Shown here: in pieces, positions 38,870 to 52,200 of the stretch
Position numbering within the stretch: the stretch's first letter is position 1
Layout: each line of letters opens with the position of its first letter
DNA from: Scyliorhinus canicula
Lineage: Eukaryota
DNA: 64,000 bases
Direction: 5' to 3'
Assembly: GCF_902713615.1 (NCBI RefSeq)
Contig: NC_052146.1
Coordinates: forward strand, 128,133,875-128,197,874
Made by a program: the position numbers and the translations under genes
The notes under the pieces: model-generated
Databases searched by the model: none
The model's input: only the letters and a program-made list of their open reading frames with translations
What the model was told of the DNA's origin: nothing

Positions 38870-39075
38870 AGGCATTCTCCATTAAATATAAATGTCGCCA
38901 CAGTCCCAGAGGAGGCTCTCTCTTTTGAGAGCTGATAGGTGGTGATTTAACCTCAGGTAAGGTTGAGAACACGGGGCCTGCATGAATAACCTCAGCCGGT
39001 ACGGGAATTGAACCCATGCTGTTGGCATCACTCCGCATCACAAACCAGTTGTCCAGCCAACTGAGTTGACTGACC
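38870..39075 (-). mobile_element. tRNA-derived SINE (head type 2)
   Basis: Reverse B box GGGTTCAATTCCC. Homologous to 29480-29685. Confidence 0.65.
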
Positions 39076-39117
39076 TTCCCACACACCCTCCCTCAAAAAA
39101 TTATTTGATATATCCTT

Positions 39118-39489
39118 TGTCATGATATGCAAACACGCAGCTAATGGACACATAGAATAGGACACGACCAATGAGCAGTCAGGACACTCAGGGGTGGTAT
39201 CTCACTATAAAAAGGATGAGGCACTCACACCCCGCCTCTTTCCACAGACCAACATCGACAGAATGAGACAGGGTGTATCCTCAGCATCACACCCCAGCAT
39301 GTGGCTTAGAGCAAGGCTGGTTCAGTTAGACTGAGTTACTACATTTAGATAAGCAGAGAGTCGAACTCATTGAGAACTGTGCTAATAGTTCAATAAAACA
39401 CATTGAACTCACTTCAAAGTCTGGATCATCTTTTACTCAAAACTGCATCAAGTGGCAGCTTGTGTTATTCCAAATTACATAACACATCA
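39118..39489 (+). repeat. 5' LTR
   Basis: TGTCA...CATCA. Colinear with 44853-45224. Confidence 0.92.
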
Positions 39490-39551
39490 TGATACCAGGA
39501 GTCTGTTCAATCTAGTTAGTTCAACTCAGCAAGATCCGTGATGACCAGCGA

Positions 39552-40080
39552 ATGTATACCGGCACAATGGAAAAGATTCCAGCTCCTCACCAGCTCAGGG
39601 CCTCCGGCAATCTCAGTGCCAACTGGCGGACATTCAAGCAGAAATTTCAGCTTTACGTCGAAGCATCAGACCTCAATGGTGTGTCTGATGCACGGAAGAT
39701 AGCTCTTCTCCTCACTACAGCGGGTGATCACGCCTTGGAAATATTCAACTCCTTTCACTTCACCGAAGACCAGGACAGGACAAAGTTTCAGACCATTCAG
39801 GACAAGTTTGACAGCCACTGTGAGGTGGACACTAACAAAATCTTCGAGCGCTACATATTCAAGCAGCGATTGCAAGGTAAAGAACAATCCTTCAACAATT
39901 TAACTAACCTTAGACTGCTAGCGCAATCCTGCAACTTCGGTGATATCACTGACTCCATGATGAGTGACCAAATCATTTTGGAGTTCACTCTGATCCTCTG
40001 AGAGAGCAGTTACTGAAGATCAAGCATATGACCCTGCCAGTCGCGATTGAAACATGCACAGTGCATGAACACGCTGAAAC
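39552..40080 (+). pseudogene. Gypsy family A gag N-terminal half
   Basis: MEKIPAPHQLRASGNLSANWRTFKQKFQLY...FERYIFKQRLQ. Confidence 0.85.
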
Positions 40081-43000
40081 AAACCCAGACACACCCAGTA
40101 CAAAATAGCTCATTGAGGGGGCCCATATAAGCACCTGTGTAGGCTTTGTGCCCCAGTCTTAAGTTGACTGGAATGCTAGCAGCACTGTTTGTAGCTGTTC
40201 CTGTATATAGTTATTGGAAATAAATATTGGTGTGGTGACGGGACTCCTGCCTCCTGTGGATTATTACAGTGGCAACGAGGTAAACAAAGAACTTTGTGGA
40301 GACCAGCTGCCGCACTCGGAGGGTAAGCCTTGCTATTTTAAAAATGCCGTTTTTTGGGAGGTTAGAAGCATTCGACCCGGCTATTGAGGACTGGTCCCAG
40401 TATGTGGAGAGAATGTGTTACTTCTTCCGGGCCAATTATATAATTACGGACAAAAGGAGACGGGTTATCCTGCTGCCGGCGTGCGGACCCTCCGCTTTCG
40501 CCATTATACGTAGTGTAACTTATCCCGATGCGCCGGACACGAATTCTTTCCAAGAATTAACGGAATTGGTGAAAGAGCACTACGACCCAAAACCACCCCT
40601 CATTTTGCGTAGGTACAGATTCTACACAGCGAAGCGGGAAGACAGGGAGTCAGTCACGAATTTCTTGACCCACCTGAGAAGGCTGGCGGAAAAATGTGAG
40701 TTCGGCCCGACGCCAAATGAAATGCTTCGGGACCGGTTAGTGTGTGGTATAAACGACTTCACAATACAGAAGCGCCTGTTGGCGGAAACGCAGTTAGACT
40801 GCAGGCAGACGTTACAGCTCGCACTGTCCCTAGAAAAGGCAGCAAGTGGGGCGTAGGAACTACAGGGCACGCCAATGGAGGTAGATACCTGTGAGAGGGA
40901 CTACCACAACGGATCCAGCTACCAGATAGCCGCTCTCAGGAAAAGCCTGAGGAATAGAGGGCCAAAGGAAAACACCAGAACTGCCCCCAAGTCTGCTAGG
41001 ACTAACTGGAGACAGAGGGAAGTACCGGCTGAGGCTCCCCCAACAGAGAAGAACCGTTTTTGGCACCAGACAGAGTGGGGTAACAGCGACAGAAACCCTA
41101 GAAGGAGGTGGCAAAAGAGGAATAGCAGGTGGGGACGCAGGGAAGTATACAACCTAGACGCCCCATCCTCCTCCAAAGGGGAAAAATTATATAATATTGC
41201 GATGAAGAAAGCAGAACCTATTAAGATTACCCCACGGTTGAACGGTCGGCCGACAATAATGGAAATAGACATGGGGGCGGCCGTATCAGTAAAGGAGTGG
41301 CAGCATTTTAAAAAATCAAAGATGGATTACAGCCACTAACCCTAACAAAAACATCGACGAAACTTAAAACCTACACGGGGAAACCCCTGGAAGTTCTAGG
41401 CACGACTCATGTAACCGTGGAATATGAGAAACAATTGCTCAGATTACCGTTGACGTTAGTAGAGGGCTCCGGACCGAGCTTAATTGGACGGAACTGGCTG
41501 AAAGACCTAAAATTATATTGGATGAAAATTTTACAGAGTGGAAGCGGGCAGTTGAGTGGAGTACTCCAAAAATACCCAGAGGTCTTCCAAGAAGGTTTGG
41601 GGGAAATCATAGGCGCCAAAGCAACTTTGCATGTGGACCCAGAAGCCCTTCCGAAATTTTGTAAGGCCAGGCCGGTACCTTTCGGTTAAGGAAGATAGTA
41701 GAGGTCGAAATAGAAAGGTTACGACGTGACGGCATTATCAGACCAGTACAGTTCTCGGAATGGGCAGCGCCGGTGGTACCAATTTTGAAGCCAGACGACT
41801 CGATACGTCTCTGTGGAGATTTCAAACAGACGGTAAACAAATACGCACTGCTGGACAAATACCCGATCCCGAAAATAGACGACCTATATGCCAAATTGGC
41901 AGGTGGCTTTTGTTCACAAAACTGGACATGAGTCACGCCTACCTGCAGCTAAAACTGGACAAGGACTCCCAGAAGTTCGCTACGATCAACACCCTGAAGG
42001 GCCTTTTTCGTTATACTAGGTTACCTTTCAGAGTGTCATCAGCCTGCGCTATATTGCAGCGTACGATGGAAAATATTCTGCAGGGACTACCGCAGGTGGC
42101 GATTTATTTGGACGATGTCTTAATCACGGGTAGGACGAACAGGAAACACTTAAGGAACCTGGAGGAAGTGCTCAGGCGTTTCACAAAGTCAGGTGCATGG
42201 CTTAAAAAAAGAAAAATGTGTTTTTCTGGCCCCACAAGTGACGTACCTGGGATATAAAGTAGACGAGTCAGGCTTACACCCATTAGAAGACAGAGTAAGG
42301 GCAATAAAAGAAGCCCCAGCTCCCTCCACGATCCAGGAGCTATGATCATTTCTAGGGTTGGTAACCTATTATGGAAAATTTATTGAAAATAGGGCATCCA
42401 TCCTAGGACCCCTCCACCAGCTACTAAAAAAGGGGCAAGAATGGAAATGGTCCACCCGCCAAAACCAAGCATTGAGGGACATTAAGGAACAGCTGTCATC
42501 TGGAAATGTCCTAGAGCATTATGACCCAAGGAAGGAGTTGGTTGCCACTTGTGATGCATCCCTTATGGGGTAGGAGCCGTCTTAGCCCATAGAGGAAGGA
42601 ATGGGGAAGAACGGCCAATAGCCTATGCTTCGAGGACCTTGGCGATGGCTGAGAGGAAGTATGCCCAAATCGAGAAGGAAGGACTGGCTGTGATATTTGC
42701 AGTAAAACAATTTCACCAGTATCTGTACGGGCGGAAATTCACCACAGTGACGGACCATAAGCCATTATTAGGGTTATTAAAAGAAGTCAATACCCCCGAT
42801 CGCATCAGCTAGAATCCAACGCTGGCCGTTGCTACTGGCGGCGTATAGATACGTTCTGGAGCTCAGATCGGGAATGCGAGTAGCAAATGCAGATGCTTTG
42901 AGCAGACTTCCCCTCCCGGACACCCCACCGCTAATACCAAAAGTAGAGGAGACAGTAATGACTCTAAATATTTTGGACACCCTACCAGTGGACGCACAAC

Positions 43001-44355
43001 ATATTCGGTTGTGAATGCAAAAAGACCCGGTTTTAGCCAAGGTGAAGCATTTACTGCTAACAGGGGAACTGGAAAGATCAGTGGAGCCCCAGATGCACCC
43101 ATACTGGAGCAGAAGGGATCAAATAACCATTGAAGACGGTATCCTATTATGGGGAGCCCGGGTAATAGTCCCAGCTCATGGCCGTCAGGCAATCTTAATT
43201 GAGTTACATCACGGACACCCAGGGGTGTCTAAAATGAAGATGCAAGCTCAAAGCTACGTTTGGCGGCCAGGATTGGACACAGACATAGCAGCCTTGGTAC
43301 ATCGGTGCCAGGAGTGCCAACAGGGGCAAAGAGCGCCACCAGCTGCGCCATTGCACCCGTGGGAATGGCCAGGCAGACTGTGGACCTGCCTGCATATTGA
43401 CCACGCCGGCCCTTTCATGGGCTCAATGTTTTTGGTGATAGTGGATGCCCACTCCAAATGGTTGGACGTCCACCGGGTAAACACAGCAAGCACAGCATCG
43501 ACAATCGAAAAGCTCAGGGCCTCGTTTGCAACACATGGACTTCCGGAGGTATTGGTGTCGGACAACGAAACGGCATTCACAAGTGGGGAATTTGGAAAAT
43601 TCCTGAAGGAAAACGGAGTCCACCACATCAGGACGGCCCCTTACCATCCAGCGTCCAACGGCCTGGCAGAGAGAGCGGTCCAGACACTTAAATCAGGACT
43701 CAAGAAGCAGCCGGCAGCGTCAATGGACACAAAGCTCTCCCGCTGGCTGTTTGATTACAGGACCACACCGCATTCCACAACGGGCATACTGCCAGCTGAA
43801 CTCTTAATGGGAAGGCGGCTGCGAACAAGGCTGAGTCTCCTTTTCCCAAATTTAACGGGGAAAGTGGAGAAACAACAGGAGGCAGGGGGCATGATAATAG
43901 TCGGCAGCAGAGACATTTCCAGGTGGGGGCACCGGTTTGGGTCAAGAATTATTGGAATGGACCAACGTGGGTCAAAGGCACGGTAGAGTCCCAAACAGGG
44001 CCCATATCCTATGAAGTTTCGGTAGGAGGTAAGGTGCTGAAGAAACACCTAGACCAAATAAGGGCAGTGAAACCTGGAGGCAGGCAAAGCAGGACTGCCT
44101 CAAGCTGGGATAGCCCAGACGGAAAAGATACCCACACCCCAGCCCCGAGCAATTTCTCCAGACCCCGTCATCCAGTCGTCAGAGTCGGAGATGCACACGT
44201 ATGACGAGGCCGCTGCGACACCTCTCCCCGAGGAGGAGAAATAACAACTTCCAAGGAGGTCGTCAAGAAAAAGACGGGCATCTATAAGGTACACCCCGCC
44301 CACATCGGAGAACGACCCGGCGGACGACACAGAGGTGACAGACCCGGACATGAGG
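40081..44355 (+). mobile_element. Inner Gypsy family B segment: partial LTR, PBS, gag-pol (PR, RT, RH, IN), no 3' LTR
   Basis: LTR end ...TATTACA at 40268, PBS TGGCAACGAGG at 40270, gag ATG at 40344 (MPFFGRLEAFDP..EDWSQYVER), YLDD, integrase ORF 43015-43986. Confidence 0.88.
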
Positions 44356-44852
44356 AGCAGAGACCGTCAAAAGCAGGGCTATGACGCCCACGCTACCAAT
44401 CTGGCCATGCTATCCCTGGCAGACACTGTTAGGATCAAGATACCGGATGGTAGGTGGTCTTCCCCCGCTGTCGTTGTTCGACAGGCCGCGCCCCGCTCTT
44501 ACGTTGTATGCATGGCTGATGGCTCCATCGTGCGAGGGAATCGACAGGCACTGCTCAAAATTGCCTGCCTGCAACCACTTTCTCCTCCATTTCCATATGG
44601 TGAATTGCCACCTCCTGATACCTCGCACCACGAGGTCACCAGTCAGGCTTCCAACCCGCCTGTCAAGGCGCCGTCGTCCCCACCACCACCTCTCCGGCGG
44701 TCGACCAGGATCAGACGCAAGCCTCAGGGACTGGACTTGTGAACGTTTGTTTTGTTTGCTCTGTTCTGTTGTCCTCCATCAGTCACGTTTGACAGACTCA
44801 TTCACATGTAAATACATTCACATGCGCCAACAAAGCATAAAAAAAGGGGAGA

Positions 44853-45224
44853 TGTCACGACATGCAAACATGCAGCTAATGAACACATAGAATAGGAAAC
44901 AACCAATGAGAAGTCAGGACACTCATGGGTGGTATCTCACTATAAAAGGGACGTGTCACTCACACCCGGCCTTTTTCCACAGACCAACATCTACAGAGTG
45001 AGACAGGGTGTATCCTCAGCATCACACCCCAGCACGTGGCTTAGAGCAAGGCTGGTTCAGTTAGACTGAGTTACTACATTTAGATTAGCAGAGTGTCGAA
45101 ATCATTGAGAACTGTGCTAATAGTTCAATAAAACACATTGAACTCACTCCAAAGTCTGGAGCATCGTTTACTCCGAACTGCATCAAGTGGCAGCTTGTGT
45201 TATTCCAAATTACATAACACATCA
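44853..45224 (+). repeat. 3' LTR
   Basis: Preceded by the PPT. About 25 substitutions relative to the 5' LTR by manual count. Confidence 0.92.
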
Positions 45225-46039
45225 TTCTTCAATGTACACCATTGCTCCTTGGATCCAAATTATCTTTTTGTTTGCGTTTTGTGCATCAAAAGAAAATGTA
45301 AATCTTATTATGTAATAAAAACCAGCTGCGTAATGTAATTTTATAATCAGGGCTTCTGAGGCAAGACTGTTTAAAGTCAACAGCAGGATAATATCAACAG
45401 CAGAAAAAGCTAAGCCAATGCTGGTAAATGCAGATCTAAAAGATTAGAAACGGAAAGATTAAAAGTCTTCGCAGAACTTACATTTTAAGAAATACACTAA
45501 ATACAATATGTGGAATTTAAGTCAAGAATTTACTTTTAGCACTCAGCCAAAATCTGCACTCGCTGTCAGAAGGTCATTGAACAGTATATGAGGACGGCTG
45601 TAGACTACAGAATTCCAACCCGCCTGTTGCACACTCATACATTTTTGTTTGGGGAAGTTGATTTGCATTATTGCTGACATAATGGATGGTTTTTGGAAAG
45701 TGCAACATAGTTTAGTGCGAAAGGTTTCATAGCCGCGTGACTATGTTGCACAGGTTTCAGTCTGTTTTTGGAAGATGAGTTACTGCAAATGTTAGATGAA
45801 ATCTATATATTTTGTTCATACCATGGGGATTGGATTCAGTATTCCATTGGCACAGAATCTGACATAGAACCAGCAATAAGAGCATAGTAGAGCTGCTCAT
45901 GATGTCTGCTAGGCACACAAATGCACAACGTCAGGTCAGATTAGTACACAAACATTTACCATGCCGAGCACAGCTACTGGAGGATGATGGAAGAAGCAGT
46001 ACTACCCAGCTTAGTGTCTATGACAAATTGATGTTGTCT

Positions 46040-46200
46040 TCTCAGAACGACTTGCAAACAAAATTCAAAACCCATATAGCACAGCCAGTGGCTGTTAAAA
46101 ACATCATGACCCTCAATTTTCTCATACAAGGTTACTTCCAATTTGGAACGATGAAAATCTGCAGTCAGCGAGTCTGCTATGTTGCAACATGATTTTAGCA
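46040..46200 (+). pseudogene. Very old Harbinger transposase remnant
   Basis: AQPVAVKNIMTLNFLIQGYFQ resembles the LPVAVKV.VALNFYASGSFQ motif seen at 29690. Confidence 0.45.
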
Positions 46201-47869
46201 ACAATTAAGGGGTGCCTAGTTAAAAACCCGAGAGTCAAACCATGGAGAGTCAAAAAAAAGACTTCTGTGAGAAATGATTGTCAGTCTGGAGGTGCAACAG
46301 TATTCCCTGGTGGCAACCTGTTGCCCAGGAGCCATTTGCATCCCATTTGGGTTCGCAGTTAAGCCCTAAAGACATTTTGTTGACCGTTGCCCATATGCAG
46401 AGTTGCCACATTCCACTAATTTCTAACCACATCGTTTTTTTCCTATTGGTATGGCTGAAGTGATATACCAGTAAAGCATGGATAAGTGAAGTGAGGTGAG
46501 GTGCGTGCTGATTCCACATAACATTGACTGTGCGCTTCATCTGTGTAAAAAAGTGTAAATACTTATTTTGTTTTTACCATTTGAAGTTGATGACAGTCCC
46601 ATTGCTATATGAATGATTAATCACTTTCTATAACTTGTTACAAAATATTCAACACATGGTAAACATATTCAATCTTTTTTTAAAATATTTTTATTCTCCT
46701 CGTTTTCCACTTTTTCATCAAATATACACCCAACAAAAGATAACCAACAATAATAAATACAATAGAAAAATGGGCCATCCAATGAAGTCCGAAAGCAATA
46801 ATCCTGACCATCAGCTGTGAAATGCAATTACGATCCATTTAACCAGCTGAAATTGCACGGGGAATACCATTGCAGCTATTTATTGGGCAATGTGGGGTGA
46901 ACAAAGGACAATCACAGATTGGGGAAAACAGTGTTTACAGTTGAACTAACAGTCCTGAAAAGCGACAGTGAAACTATTGCACTGCTTGTATAATAAAGGA
47001 GAACTTGAAACTGGCAGCGGTGACATGTTTTAGACATTGTTGGCTGTTTTCATTGCTGTAACCACTTTGCCCCTCTATTTGCTGCATATCCATGGAAAAA
47101 CAGAAGACATTCGATTGCAAACTCATACTCCATCATTGGGTATTTAAAAAGTAAGTTTTACTTTGCATTAATAGTTGCCAAATGTAGTCAAAGGAGTATT
47201 TATATTAGAAAGCAAGCTAAATAAACAAAGTATTAATCGGTCACTGTCTAGAGGAGCGTGTTGCTGCACTATCACTAGCAATGAGATTAGCAAGCAACCT
47301 GGAGCACATTAATCACAAATTTCAATTAACTGGTAACAGTGTGTGTTCAAGATAACACGTAGAAAGCATCTCTGAAAGGATTTCAAGGAAAATGCTCATC
47401 TAATGTTAATTTGGGAGAATCGATGGGAAAAATTGAAAAATTGTTCTCTTTACATAAATATGCATCACAGTTACTTAAATAAAAGCACAGATTGCTCTCT
47501 GCAAATGCAAATACGTATGTGTTACCGTTAATATATTTTTCAGCAAATTTTGCATTAATTTGGAAAGTGGATGGGAAGGGTAGAGTTGACAATCAAGGAG
47601 ATCGCAATGCACACGTTCAGAGTTGGAACACAAACCTTGTACCGCCTGCTAATTCTACCTAATAATAATGGAGATGTGCAGCCCAGGCCTGAACATGCCG
47701 CTGAGTAGCTGCATGTCTCTGTTTGGGTTCCAGGTTTGTGTGAGACTAACACCCCTTAAAGCTAGCACTACTTCAGGCTAGACTATACCTCATAAAGGTG
47801 AGGTACATGCTGGCTGCAGTAGGGACTAAAACTGCTTGGAAAAAATTTGAAGACCTGGAGGAAGACTCA

Positions 47870-48110
47870 GGAAAGGGACATGGTGCAAGATATCATGTCC
47901 CAAAGATTCCAATGCTGTTATGGAGTCCTTGCTGCAGGAGACTGATGGAAGAAAAGAGGTTATTTTCCTTCAAAGGGCCAGAAGCACTCCAGACAGGGGC
48001 AGAAAGGGCAATGGCAGCAGGTGGCCATGGCGGGTAATGGACATGGATGCCACGACATGGATACAGTACTGCAAGAAGTTTAATGACCTCACGAGTGGTC
48101 AAGGGCAGTA
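47870..48110 (+). pseudogene. Harbinger Myb/SANT partner ORF remnant
   Basis: MESLLQE..GRKEVIF...TTWIQYCKKFNDLT. Confidence 0.5.
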
Positions 48111-48670
48111 CATTCATCCTTACTTGCCATAACCTATCAACTGTACCACTAGCTTCATAAAATGCTGCAATCACCTGCCAATAATCTCAATCACAATTCA
48201 AATCTCACACTCATATCCACTTCCTGCAACCTGCTTTTATGTACAAATTGCAGACAAAGTGACCAAACATTTTGTGCTTTCCCCTGTCTTCTCTCACCCG
48301 AAATGGCTCTTAAGCATTTATGCTTTCAGATTCCCAAAAACTACCATCTGGCCAGTCGATGGTGTGGGAAGCTAAAGCCTAGAGGGGGAGCAGAACATTC
48401 TCACTTGATCTGACACACACAGTCAGCAGCTCCAATGCTGGCACCGTGTGAATCTTAGAGAGTAGCATAGAGGTGGGATTCACACATCATGTCACCCAGC
48501 GTAAGTGGCCTACAGCCAGGGGAGGACTGCACAGGTGACAGCTCCATGAGGGCGCCTGGTACATGGGTTCTGCTGCAAAGGACTCAAATGAGGGGATAGG
48601 ATAAAGAAAAAGAGCTGATGGACATGCAGGCAGGAATCATTGGTTCATCTGTTCATTGGCAGGCCTACCT

Positions 48671-48912
48671 GGGGCGGCATGGTGGGGTAGTGGTTAGCTC
48701 TGCTGCCTCACGGGGCTGGGGACCCAGGTTCAATCCTGGCCTCGGGTCACTGTCCATGTATAGTTTGCACATTCTCCCCAAGGCTCTGTGGGTCTTATCC
48801 CCACAACCCAAAAAAAGATGTGCAGGGTAGGTGGATTGGCCACAACTCTTTATTATTATTACCATATTGGCCAAGCTAAATTGCCCCTTAATTGGAAACT
48901 TTAAAAAAAAAA
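48671..48912 (+). mobile_element. Short V-SINE
   Basis: tRNA head, B box GGTTCAATCC, A-rich tail. Confidence 0.8.
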
Positions 48913-48985
48913 TGATGGAAGAGAAAGTCATTGACGAAACAGCTGAAGATGGTTGGGCCTGGGGCATGACCCTATTAAACACTTA

Positions 48986-49224
48986 GGGCGGCATGGAGGC
49001 ACAGAGGTTAGCACTCTGGCCTCACACTGCCAGGGACCCGGGTTTACTCCCAGCCTTGGGTGACTGCGAGAAGTTTGCACATTCTCCCTGTGTCTGTGTG
49101 GGTTTCCTCCAGATGCTACAGTTTCCTCCGACAGACCAAAGCTGTGCAGGTTAGCTGGGGTTATGGGGACAGGGTGGGTGATTGGGCCCGTGTAGGGTGC
49201 TCTTTTGGTGTGTTGGTGCAGAGT
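48986..49224 (+). mobile_element. HE1-like V-SINE, 3' end lost at the satellite boundary
   Basis: Head and V-domain present. It runs into the satellite at ...GGTGCAGAGTCCTGCAGG. Confidence 0.75.
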
Positions 49225-52200
49225 CCTGCAGGTTCAGCTCAGCATCCGGGAGGTATGGCATCCTGCAAGTTCCTCTCCCGCCTCCTGCAGGTCCCGTTCG
49301 GCATCCGACAGGTCCTTTTTGGCATCCTGCAGAGCCCGCCTCCTGAAGGTCCCGCTCGGCATCCTGCAGGTCCCGCTCCGCATCCTGCAGGTCCCGCTCG
49401 GCATCCTGCAGCTCCCGCTCGGCATCCTGCAGGTCCTGCTCGGCATCCAGCAGGTCCCGCTCGGCATCCTGCAGGTCCCGCTCCGCATCCTGCCGTTCCG
49501 CCTCCTGCAGGTCCCGTTCGGCATCCTGCCGTTCCGCCTCCTGCAGGTCCCGCTCCGCATCCTGCCGTTCCGCCTCCTGCAGGTCCCGTTCGGCATCCTG
49601 CCGTTCCGCCTCCTGCAGGTCCCGCTCCGCATCCTGCCGTTCCGCCTCCTGCAGGTCCCGCTCGGCATCCTGCAGGTCCCGTTCGGCATCCTGCCGTTCC
49701 GCCTCCTGCAGGTCCCGTTCGGCATCCTGCCGTTCCGCCTCCTGCAGGTCCCGCTCCGCATCCTGCCGTTCCGCCTCCTGCAGGTCCCGCTCCGCATCCT
49801 GCCGTTCCGCCTCCTGCAGGTCCCGCTCCGCATCCTGCCGTTCCGCCTCCTGCAGGTCCCGTTCGGCATCCTGCCGTTCCGCCTCCTGCAGGTCCCGCTC
49901 CGCATCCTGCCGTTCCGCCTCCTGCAGGTCCCATTCGGCATCCTGCCGTTCCGCATCCTGAAGGTCCCGTTTGGCATCCTGCCGTTCCGCCTCCTGCAGG
50001 TCCCGCTCCGCATCCTGCAGGTCCCGCTCGGCATCCCGCAGATCCCGCTCCGCATCCTGCTGGTCCGGCTCGGCATCCCGCAGATCCCGCTCCGCATCCT
50101 GCTGGTCCCGCTCCGCATCCTGCAGGTCCCACTCCGCATCCCGCAGGTCCCGCTCCGCATCCCGCAGGTCCCGCTCCGCATCCTGCAGGACCCGCTCGGC
50201 ATCTGCAGGTCCCACTCGGCATCCTGCAGGTCCCACTCGGCATCCTGCAGGTCCCGCTCCGCATCCTGCAGGTCCCGCTCGGCATCTGCAGGTCCCACTC
50301 GGCATCCCGCAGGTCCGGCTCCGCATCCTGCAGGTCCGGCTCAGCATCCCGCAGGTCCCGCTCGGCATCCTGCAGGTCCGGCTCCGCATCCTGCAGGTCC
50401 GGCTCAGCATCCTGCAGGTCCCGCTCCGCATCCTGCAGGTCCCGCTCGGCATCTGCAGGTCCCGCTCCGCATCCCGCAGGTCCCGCTCGGCATCTGCAGG
50501 TCCCGCTCCGCATCCCGCAGGTCCCACTCCGCATCCCGCTGGTCCCACTCCGCATCCAGCAGGTCCCGCTCCGCATCCCGCAGATCCCGCTCCGCATCCA
50601 GCAGGTCCCACTCCGCATCCCGCAGGTCCCGCTCCGCATCCAGCAGGTCCCACTCCGCATCCCGCAGGTCCCGCTCCGCATCCTGCAGGTCCCGCTCGGC
50701 ATCCCGCAGATCCCGCTCCACATCCCGCAGATCCCGCTCCGCATCCCGCAGATCCCGCTCCGCATCCTGCTGGTCCGGCTCGGCATCTGCAGGTCCCGCT
50801 CCGCATCCTGCAGGTCCCGCTCGGCATCCCGCAGATCCCGCTCCGCATCCTGCTGGTCCCGCTCGGCATCTGCAGGTCCCGCTCCGCATCCCGCAGGTCC
50901 CGCTCCGCATCCCGCAGAGCCCACCTCCTGCAGGTCCCGCTCGGCATCCCGCAGGTCCCGCTCCGCATCCTGCAGGTCCCGCTCCGCATCCCGCAGGTCC
51001 TGCTCCGCATCCTGCAGGTCCCGCTCGGATCCCGCAGGTCCCGCTCCGCATCCCGCAGGTCCCGCTCGGCATCTGCAGGTCCTGCTCCGCATCCCGCAGG
51101 TCCCGCTCGGCATCTGCAGGTCCCGCTCCGCATCCCGCATGTCCGGCTCGGCATCCTGCAGGTCCTGCTCCGCATCCCGCAGGTCCCGCTCCGCATCCTG
51201 CAGGTCCCGCTCGGCATCCTGCAGGTCCCGCTCCGCATCCCGCTGGTCCCGCTCGGCATCCTGCAGGTCCCACTCGGCATCCTGAAGGTCCCGCTCCGCA
51301 TCCTGCAGGTCCCGCTCCGCATCCTGCAGGTCCCGCTCGGATCCCGCAGGTCCCACTCCGCATCCCGCAGGTCCCGCTCCTCATCCCGCAGGTCCCACTC
51401 CGCATCCTGCAGATCCAGCTCAGCATCCTGCAGGTCCCGCTCCGCATCCCGCTGGTCCCGCTCAGCATCCTGCAGGTCCCGCTCCGCAACCCGCTGGTCC
51501 CGCTCGGCATCCTGCAGGTCCCACTCGGCATCCTGCAGGTCCCGCTCCGCATCCCGCTGGTCCCGCTCGGCATCCTGCAGGTCCCACTCGGCATCCTGCA
51601 GGTCCCGCTCGGCATCCTGCAGGTCCCGCTCCGCATCCTGCAGGTCCCGCTCCGCATCCCGCTGGTCCCGCTCGGCATCCTGCAGGTCCCGCTCGGCATC
51701 CTGCAGGTCCCGCTCCGCATCCCTCAGGTCCCGCTCGGCATCCTGCAGGTCCCGCTCCGCATCCCGCAGGTCCCGCTCCGCATCCCGCAGGTCCCACTCC
51801 GCATCCTGCAGATCCAGCTCGGCATCCTGCAGGTCCCACTCGGCATCCTGCAGGTCCCGCTCGGCATCCTGCAGATCCGGCTCGGCATCCTGCAGGTCCC
51901 GCTCCGCATCCTGCAGGTCCCGCTCGGATCCCGCAGGTCCCACTCCGCATCCCGCAGGTCCCGCTCCTCATCCCGCAGGTCCCACTCCGCATCCTGCAGG
52001 TCCCGCTCGGCATCTGCAGGTCCGGCTCCGCATCCCGCTGGTCCCGCTCGGCATCCTGCAGGTCCCGCTCCGCATCCCGCAGGTCCCGCTCCGCATCCCG
52101 CAGGTCCCGCTCCGCATCCCGCAGGTCACGCTCCTCATCCTGCAGATCCAGCTCAGCATCCTGCAGGTCCAGCTCCGCATCCCGCTGGTCCCGCTCGGCA

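Larger units (their letters stand above)
39118..45224 (+). mobile_element. Two-LTR Gypsy element, chimeric (family A LTRs, gag 5' part and IN tail around family B gag-pol)
   Basis: 372-bp LTRs at 39118-39489 and 44853-45224, PBS-like TGATACCAG at 39490, PPT AAAAAAAGGGGAGA at 44839-44852, near-TSD TCCTT/TTCTT. Confidence 0.9.

Noticed and set aside
45225-47790. Additional RCAN exons (long-isoform first exon) in the AT-rich low-repeat stretch
   Set aside because: No minus-strand frame resembling DLPNSLFAC.V...VF with a donor site was recognised. A non-coding exon cannot be excluded.
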